From: Campylobacterales bacterium
GTDB lineage: Bacteria > Campylobacterota > Campylobacteria > Campylobacterales > QNZT01
Assembly: GCA_027068765.1 (NCBI GenBank)
Contig: JAMOMC010000164.1
Coordinates: 29 to 64,028, forward strand
Length of the DNA: 64,000 nucleotides
Direction of reading: 5' to 3'
Shown here: piece by piece, positions 58,895-64,000 of the stretch
How positions within the stretch are numbered: the first letter of the stretch is position 1
Layout: every line of letters begins with the position of its first letter
Notes under the pieces: generated by a model
Told to the model about the DNA's origin: nothing
Seen by the model: the letters and a program-made list of their open reading frames with translations, nothing else
The model's database searches: none
Made by a program: the position numbers and the translations under genes

Positions 58895-59749
58895 ATGAAT
58901 AAAAAAGAGTTTTATATCTTAATTTTTTCTATTTTTGCACTTGTGCTTCTTGCATCTTGCTCTTCCAAAAAAAATCGACCAGCTGTTGTGGTTGTGCCAA
59001 ATTCTAATATCTTGCAGAAGGCTTTGATTGTTGGCGTGAGTGATTATGCAGGAGATGATAATGATTTGGGAGGAATTGATTTAGATGCAAATGGCATGAA
59101 AACTCTTTTCTCAAATTGGGGTTTTGATATAAAAGAGCTTCAAAACTCTTTAACATTAGAGCAGACACTAGATCTATATGCTAAAACTCTTAAAGCTGAA
59201 GATGTTTTTATATTTTACTACTCAGGACATGGTAGTTTTACTTATGATAAGAGTGGTGATGAGAGTGATGATAGAGATGAGATGATAGTTTTGAGTGACT
59301 CTACTACAAACTTATACCTTCTTGATGATAAGATAAATCTGATGCTAAATAAGATAAAAGCTAGAAAACTTATCATTTTTGACTCATGTAACAGTGGTAC
59401 GGCTACTAAAAGAGCATTACAAACAAAAGAGGCTGGATTTAAAGCAAAATATATACAAGCACCACAAGAGTTAAAAACAAGAGCAAAAGCATCTATTACC
59501 CCTCAAACTCCTATTAGTGGAGAGTTTTTGTTTTTTGCAGCTTGTAGAGATTATGAACAATCTTTTGCAACAGATAAAGGGAGTCTTTTTACAAATGCTT
59601 TTTTAAAAAAAGTCAACTTAAATAAAAGCTCAACTAAAATACACCAAGAGACAAGCTCTCTTGTAAACACATACTTTAATCCAGTTTTAAGTGCATCTAA
59701 TGAAAGGTTAAAAAGTTTAAGTTTAAAGCATTTTCTTAGACTTAATTAA
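58895..59749 (+). CDS. Caspase-fold (peptidase C14) lipoprotein
   Basis: 284-aa ORF with lipobox LLASCSS. The catalytic dyad contexts are FYYSGHGS (His) and IIFDSCNSG (Cys). Confidence 0.75.
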   Translation: MNKKEFYILIFSIFALVLLASCSSKKNRPAVVVVPNSNILQKALIVGVSDYAGDDNDLGGIDLDANGMKTLFSNWGFDIKELQNSLTLEQTLDLYAKTLKAEDVFIFYYSGHGSFTYDKSGDESDDRDEMIVLSDSTTNLYLLDDKINLMLNKIKARKLIIFDSCNSGTATKRALQTKEAGFKAKYIQAPQELKTRAKASITPQTPISGEFLFFAACRDYEQSFATDKGSLFTNAFLKKVNLNKSSTKIHQETSSLVNTYFNPVLSASNERLKSLSLKHFLRLN

Positions 59750-59859
59750 CCTTCTTGTGGTTTTTTTAAGTAAATAAAAGGTACAATCGCGACCTCTTTA
59801 TAGATATAAAGATAAAAAACCTTGCTCTTAAAAAGAGCTATAAACCACAAGGAGAAAAT

Positions 59860-60342
59860 ATGAAGCATTATGAGTTACTATTTGTAATCAAGCCAACCCT
59901 CACAGAAGAGGAGACAAAGGCAAAATTTGATTTTATCAAAGATGTTATGGAAAAAAATAACTGTGAGATAAAAGTAGTAAAAGATATGGGTGTTAGAAAA
60001 CTAGCATATGAGATTGAGAAGTTTGAGAGAGGTCACTATTTTGTTGTATATTATACAACTACACCTAGTTCACTTGAAGAGATTTTAAGAAACTTAAGAC
60101 TCACAGAAGAGATTATTAGATTTTTAAATGTAAAATTTGATAAGAAAAAAGAGATTGTTCAATGGGATAAGTTAGTAAAAGCTGCATCTGAGAAAAAAGA
60201 GGAAAAACCTACAAGAACTCCTAAAGTAGAGGAGAAAGTTGTACAAGAAAAAGAGCCAGAAGTTGCACAAGAGAAAGAGCCAGAAACCACACAAGAGAAA
60301 GCACCAGAAACTACACAAGATGCAGTAAAAAATGCTGAGTAA
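59860..60342 (+). CDS. rpsF: 30S ribosomal protein S6 with K/E/P-rich C-terminal extension
   Basis: 160-aa ORF with the N-terminus MKHYELLFVIKPTL. Confidence 0.9.
   Translation: MKHYELLFVIKPTLTEEETKAKFDFIKDVMEKNNCEIKVVKDMGVRKLAYEIEKFERGHYFVVYYTTTPSSLEEILRNLRLTEEIIRFLNVKFDKKKEIVQWDKLVKAASEKKEEKPTRTPKVEEKVVQEKEPEVAQEKEPETTQEKAPETTQDAVKNAE
60244..60315 (+). repeat. 3 x 24-nt in-frame tandem repeat in the rpsF 3' end
   Basis: CAAGARAAAGMRCCAGAARYYRCA repeated three times, encoding QEKEPEVA/QEKEPETT/QEKAPETT. Confidence 0.8.
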
Positions 60343-60357
60343 TCTTAAGGATTTAAA

Positions 60358-60858
60358 ATGTTTAATAAAGTAATCATAGTTGGTAATCTAACAAAAGATT
60401 TAGAACTTAAATACATACAAAGTGGTACAGCGATAGGAAATACAGGTATAGCAACAACACGAAAGTTTAAAGGCGGAGATGGTTCAATGAAAGAAGAAGT
60501 TCTTTTTATTGACATCACTTTTTTTGGACGAACCGCAGAGGTTGCAAACCAGTACCTAAAAAAAGGATCAAAACTTTTAGTTGAGGGTAGATTAAAGCTT
60601 GATAATTGGACTGATCAAAATGGTGGAAAAAGAAGCAAACATTCGATAGTTGTTGAAAATATGACAATGTTAGATTCCAAAGGCTCAAGTGATGGTGGAG
60701 GATATAACCAACAAGGTGGAAACAGTTACAATAATCCACAAAACAATCAACCGCCACCAGCACAACAACCAGCAGTGCAAAATCAAGACAAAGCAACAAA
60801 TAATCAACAAAATAGTATCCCAGAGATTGATATCAATGATGACGAGATACCGTTTTAG
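60358..60858 (+). CDS. ssb: Single-stranded DNA-binding protein
   Basis: 166-aa ORF with an OB-fold N-terminus, a Q/N/P-rich linker and the acidic tip DDEIPF. Confidence 0.9.
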   Translation: MFNKVIIVGNLTKDLELKYIQSGTAIGNTGIATTRKFKGGDGSMKEEVLFIDITFFGRTAEVANQYLKKGSKLLVEGRLKLDNWTDQNGGKRSKHSIVVENMTMLDSKGSSDGGGYNQQGGNSYNNPQNNQPPPAQQPAVQNQDKATNNQQNSIPEIDINDDEIPF

Positions 60859-60875
60859 AAATAAATAAAGGAAAA

Positions 60876-61142
60876 ATGATGGCAGAAAGAAGAAAGTATT
60901 CTAAAAAATATTGTAGATATTGTGAAGGAAAAGTTGAGTTTTTAGACTACAAAGATCCAAGTGCATTTAAATTTTCACTCTCAGAGAGATATAAGATTAT
61001 GCCAAGAAGATTAACAGGAAACTGTAAAAAACATCAAGAGATGGTAGAGGCTGCTATAAAAAAAGCAAGAGCAACAGCTATCATCCCATATGTTGCAAGT
61101 AGAAAGAAGATTATAGACAATCCATTTGCAAACTTTAGATAG
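60876..61142 (+). CDS. rpsR: 30S ribosomal protein S18
   Basis: 88-aa ORF in the rpsF-ssb-rpsR order, with the conserved [24 protein letters not shown] region. Confidence 0.9.
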   Translation: MMAERRKYSKKYCRYCEGKVEFLDYKDPSAFKFSLSERYKIMPRRLTGNCKKHQEMVEAAIKKARATAIIPYVASRKKIIDNPFANFR

Positions 61143-61150
61143 TTTATGTA

Positions 61151-61168
61151 GTAAGCCTCTTGGCTTAC
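61151..61168 (+). terminator. Hairpin after rpsR
   Basis: GTAAGCC-TCTT-GGCTTAC hairpin. A T-run follows only after a 12-nt gap. Confidence 0.4.
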
Positions 61169-61243
61169 TAATTTAGTATTTTTTTTTAAAATTCATATAA
61201 GCCTTAACTCTTTTTTAGTATACTAAAGAATTAAAGGCAGTAA

Positions 61244-61960
61244 ATGGAAAACAAAAAAAATACGGATATATCCAGTGAAGAGCATACACTATTTACAAAA
61301 CATATTCCTGAGTGTAAAAGAGTTAAAAATAGAGCTAAAAACAGCTACAAAATAACCCCAAAATATCGCCATTTTACAGTATATGTAGGAAGATTTAAAG
61401 AGTTTAAAAGAGGACTTCATGCTGTTTTAAATGAGCTTAGAGCTGCATCTAAAGATGATGTTTTGGAGCTTCGTATAAACTCTTCTGGTGGACTTGTAAA
61501 TGAGGGAAAACAGTTTTATAATCTTTTACAAGAGAAATTTTACGGCAGAAGCATAGCATATATCGATAATCATGCTTACTCTATGGGTGCTTTGATGTTC
61601 TGTATGGCAAAAAAACGAGTTATCTACCCTTATTCGGACATCATGTTTCACAACTATTCAGCTGGATTTACAGGAAAAGGTGGGGAAATTCGTTCTCGTC
61701 TTGAGCATAAAGATAAAATTTTAGTAGATTTTTTTCACTCTTTGATAGTCTCTGAAGGTTTTTTAACAGACGATGAGTTTGAGAGTATGCTTATTGGTAA
61801 AGATTACTGGATGGGTGCAAAAGAGATGTGTGAGAGAAACATCGCAACACATGTTGTCTATAAAGGTGAGCAGGTAAAAGCCAAAAAATATCTAAAGATT
61901 TTAAACTCCAATTCTACTAAAAAAATAGAAAAAAATAAAAAGACTATAAAAGTAGATTGA
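61244..61960 (+). CDS. ClpP-fold (S14-like) serine protease homologue
   Basis: 238-aa ORF. The core aligns to ClpP: INSSGGLVNEG, AYSMGALMF (Ser), IMFHNY (His), GKDYWMGAKEM (Asp). A ~60-aa basic N-terminal extension precedes it. Confidence 0.6.
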   Translation: MENKKNTDISSEEHTLFTKHIPECKRVKNRAKNSYKITPKYRHFTVYVGRFKEFKRGLHAVLNELRAASKDDVLELRINSSGGLVNEGKQFYNLLQEKFYGRSIAYIDNHAYSMGALMFCMAKKRVIYPYSDIMFHNYSAGFTGKGGEIRSRLEHKDKILVDFFHSLIVSEGFLTDDEFESMLIGKDYWMGAKEMCERNIATHVVYKGEQVKAKKYLKILNSNSTKKIEKNKKTIKVD

Positions 61961-62013
61961 ACTTTTTATTAAAAATTTCGTTATAATATTTTTAAATATA
62001 TTTAGGAGTGAAG

Positions 62014-62577
62014 ATGGCATCATATTCGATGAGTGATTTAAAAAAAGGGCTTAAAATTGAGCTAGATGGTAAGCCGTTTAAGATTGTGGAGTATCAACAT
62101 GTAAAACCAGGTAAAGGTGCGGCATTTGTTAGATGCAAGATAAAGTCATATCTAAATGCAAAAGTGATAGACAAAACTTTTCATGCAGGTGATAAGTGTG
62201 AAAAGCCAGACCTTGAACAAAAGACTATGCAGTATCTTTATGATGATGGTGAATTTTTACAATTTATGGACACTGTAACTTATGATCAAATTGGACTCAC
62301 TCACGATGCTGTTGGTGATACACAAAATTGGATTGTAGATGGTATGAATGTTGAGATTTTATTTCATAATGGAAATGCGATAGATGTTGAAGCTCCTGCT
62401 ACTGTTGTTTTGAAGATTGCCGAAACAGGACCAAACTTCAAAGGTGATTCACAAGGTGGGAAAAAACCAGCTACACTAGAGAGTGGGGCGGTTATACAGA
62501 TACCATATCATGTTTTAGAAGGTGATATGGTAAAGGTTGATACAGCTAAAGCTGAGTATCTAGAAAAAGTTAAATAG
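62014..62577 (+). CDS. efp: Elongation factor P
   Basis: The ATG at 62014 follows an AGGAG RBS. N-terminus [22 protein letters not shown], with [11 protein letters not shown] containing the modified Lys. Confidence 0.9.
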   Translation: MASYSMSDLKKGLKIELDGKPFKIVEYQHVKPGKGAAFVRCKIKSYLNAKVIDKTFHAGDKCEKPDLEQKTMQYLYDDGEFLQFMDTVTYDQIGLTHDAVGDTQNWIVDGMNVEILFHNGNAIDVEAPATVVLKIAETGPNFKGDSQGGKKPATLESGAVIQIPYHVLEGDMVKVDTAKAEYLEKVK

Positions 62578-62587
62578 GAGGATTATT

Positions 62588-63139
62588 ATGGCATCTGTTC
62601 TAGTTCCACTTGCTAGTGGTTTTGAGGAGATTGAGGCTGTTTGTATCATTGATATTTTAAGACGAGGTGGTATTTTAGTAGTTACTGCATCTTTAGGAGA
62701 TGAAAAAGTGACAGGGGCAAATGGTATAACTATCATTGCAAACAATAAGCTAGAGTATATTGAGCCAAGTGAGTTTGATATGATTGTTCTTCCTGGTGGT
62801 CACAATGGTGCAGTTGCACTAAAAGAGAGTGAGAGAGTTCAAAGCATCTTAAAAGAGTTTGATGAGAAAAAGAAGTTAATAGGTGCAATTTGTGCAGCAC
62901 CAATGGCTCTAAAAGAGGCAGGAGTTATCAAAAATAGTTACACTTGCTACCCATCTTATGAAGATGATATAGGATTAGAAAAATTTACAGATAAGCAAAA
63001 AGTAGTTGTTGATGAAAACATTATAACTTCAAGAGGACCTGGCACTGCTATATGTTTTGCATTAGAGATTGTCAAAAAACTTGTAGGTGATGAGACATAT
63101 GAGAGTGTTAAAAGTGGGGTTTTAGCAGATTATTGTTAA
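62588..63139 (+). CDS. DJ-1/PfpI-family protein (YajL/ThiJ-like)
   Basis: 183-aa ORF with the nucleophile elbow IGAICAAP. Confidence 0.8.
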   Translation: MASVLVPLASGFEEIEAVCIIDILRRGGILVVTASLGDEKVTGANGITIIANNKLEYIEPSEFDMIVLPGGHNGAVALKESERVQSILKEFDEKKKLIGAICAAPMALKEAGVIKNSYTCYPSYEDDIGLEKFTDKQKVVVDENIITSRGPGTAICFALEIVKKLVGDETYESVKSGVLADYC

Positions 63140-63147
63140 TGAGAATA

Positions 63148-63176
63148 AAACTAAAGAAGAAATTCTTCTTTAGTTT
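63148..63176. terminator. Bidirectional hairpin terminator
   Basis: 12-bp perfect stem AAACTAAAGAAG/CTTCTTTAGTTT with a 5-nt loop, between convergent genes. Confidence 0.6.
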
Positions 63177-63179
63177 CTC

Positions 63180-64000
63180 TTACTTGGAGATAGTACTACT
63201 AAACCCTTTACCATACTCTTTTTTATTATGACATATAGGATTACAAGAGCCTCCATCTGGAGTTTTTATATATCTTAGTCTAAATTCCGTTCCAGAAAAT
63301 TGAGTCTTATTTTTTATAAGAGGATTTGGTTTTTTTGCACCGTGAACATCATGACAAGTTGTACAAACAATAGAGCGATCTTTTACATGTATAGTATGTA
63401 GATTTTTCTCATTTGTTCTAAAGTTTGTCTGGGTTGTAGTTTTTCTCTGGGTTATTTTTTCCTCTTGATGACAATTAAAACAGATATAGCTTTCTGGCTT
63501 GAACGGTGTAATGCTTTTTGTTGGATATGGACCTTTTAACATTCTATGATTGTTAGACCCGTGAGGATTATGGCAGCTTGTACAATCACCTTGTTTGACT
63601 GGACCGTGCCATCTGCTATTTTCTTGTAAATGTTTTTTAATATTTTGAAGTTTTTTCCCATCTTCATCTCTTTTTAACTCTTTGTTATGACAAGATAGAC
63701 ATAAATCTTTTGTAGTTTTCCCTTTTAACATCTTTTTTTTACCAGTATAGTGAGGGTCATGACAAGCTATACAACCACCATTTTTAAGATTTATCGCACC
63801 ATGTTTGTTTTTTACATTTTTAATCCACTCTTTTTTATCTTTATGGCAAGTTAAACATATAGCTTTTCTTTTATCAGCCTTTAATCTCTCTTTGTTTTTT
63901 CCAGCATGTGGGTCATGACAAGTTGCACAATTTTTCTTGACAGGAGGATGGACATTTTTAGTACTTTTTTTGATAAATTTTTTCTTATCCGCATGACATG
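63180..64000 (-). CDS. Multihaem cytochrome c (5' end beyond window)
   Basis: I translated the minus strand from 63731 to 64000 and found no stop, so the gene extends past the ORF-track Met. Seven complete CxxCH motifs are visible (CATCH, CLTCH, CIACH, CLSCH, CTSCH, CFNCH, CTTCH), plus one cut at the window edge and a C-terminal CNPICH. Confidence 0.8.
   Translation of the reverse strand, partial: CHADKKKFIKKSTKNVHPPVKKNCATCHDPHAGKNKERLKADKRKAICLTCHKDKKEWIKNVKNKHGAINLKNGGCIACHDPHYTGKKKMLKGKTTKDLCLSCHNKELKRDEDGKKLQNIKKHLQENSRWHGPVKQGDCTSCHNPHGSNNHRMLKGPYPTKSITPFKPESYICFNCHQEEKITQRKTTTQTNFRTNEKNLHTIHVKDRSIVCTTCHDVHGAKKPNPLIKNKTQFSGTEFRLRYIKTPDGGSCNPICHNKKEYGKGFSSTISK

Noticed and set aside
1-64000. 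Search for tRNA/rRNA genes, transposases, integrases, phage blocks and toxin-antitoxin or known defence-system genes.
   Set aside because: None was recognised. All ORF-free gaps are 340 nt or shorter and show no cloverleaf-like structure by eye. A tRNAscan/Infernal run would be needed to exclude small RNAs formally.

Overview
This is a 64-kb AT-rich, gene-dense chromosomal segment. Gene content and signal sequences suggest a Campylobacterota (epsilonproteobacterial, Sulfurimonas/Arcobacter-like) genome, but that assignment is inference only. All calls come from reading the supplied translations and the DNA by eye; no database search was run.

Ordinary content:
- Late flagellar genes: flaG-fliD-fliS on the minus strand and flgI-flgJ-like-flgN-like-flgK on the plus strand, with readable sigma28 and sigma54 promoter matches.
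- Housekeeping genes: rsmD, atpB, thiE, mqo, lgt, tpx, dgkA, yebC, bfr, tilS, rimO, panC, prfB, rpsF-ssb-rpsR, efp, and a DJ-1 family gene.
- An EAL phosphodiesterase, a partial multihaem cytochrome c at the right edge, and many lipoproteins.

Most interesting regions:
1. A tightly coupled nine-gene alpha-glucan (glycogen-like) operon at 42903-56539. It is built on three GH57 paralogues, a nucleotidyltransferase fused to a PGM-like domain lacking the phosphoserine motif, a GalT-like enzyme, a C-terminally extended GlgA, and a short GT35 phosphorylase whose expected PLP lysine reads as Thr.
2. A two-gene module of unknown substrate at 24878-29775, combining a double BcrAD/BadFG-type activase with dehydratase-like domains.
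3. A very AT-rich three-gene islet of orphan exported proteins at 21749-24877, bracketed by four copies of a TATCATGATA-containing motif.
4. A membrane-anchored repeat protein at 9749-11677 carrying a 2 x 291-bp near-identical tandem duplication.
5. An orphan secretin divergent from a caspase-fold lipoprotein, and a ClpP-fold protease gene wedged between rpsR and efp.

I saw no tRNA or rRNA gene, CRISPR array, transposase or integrase.
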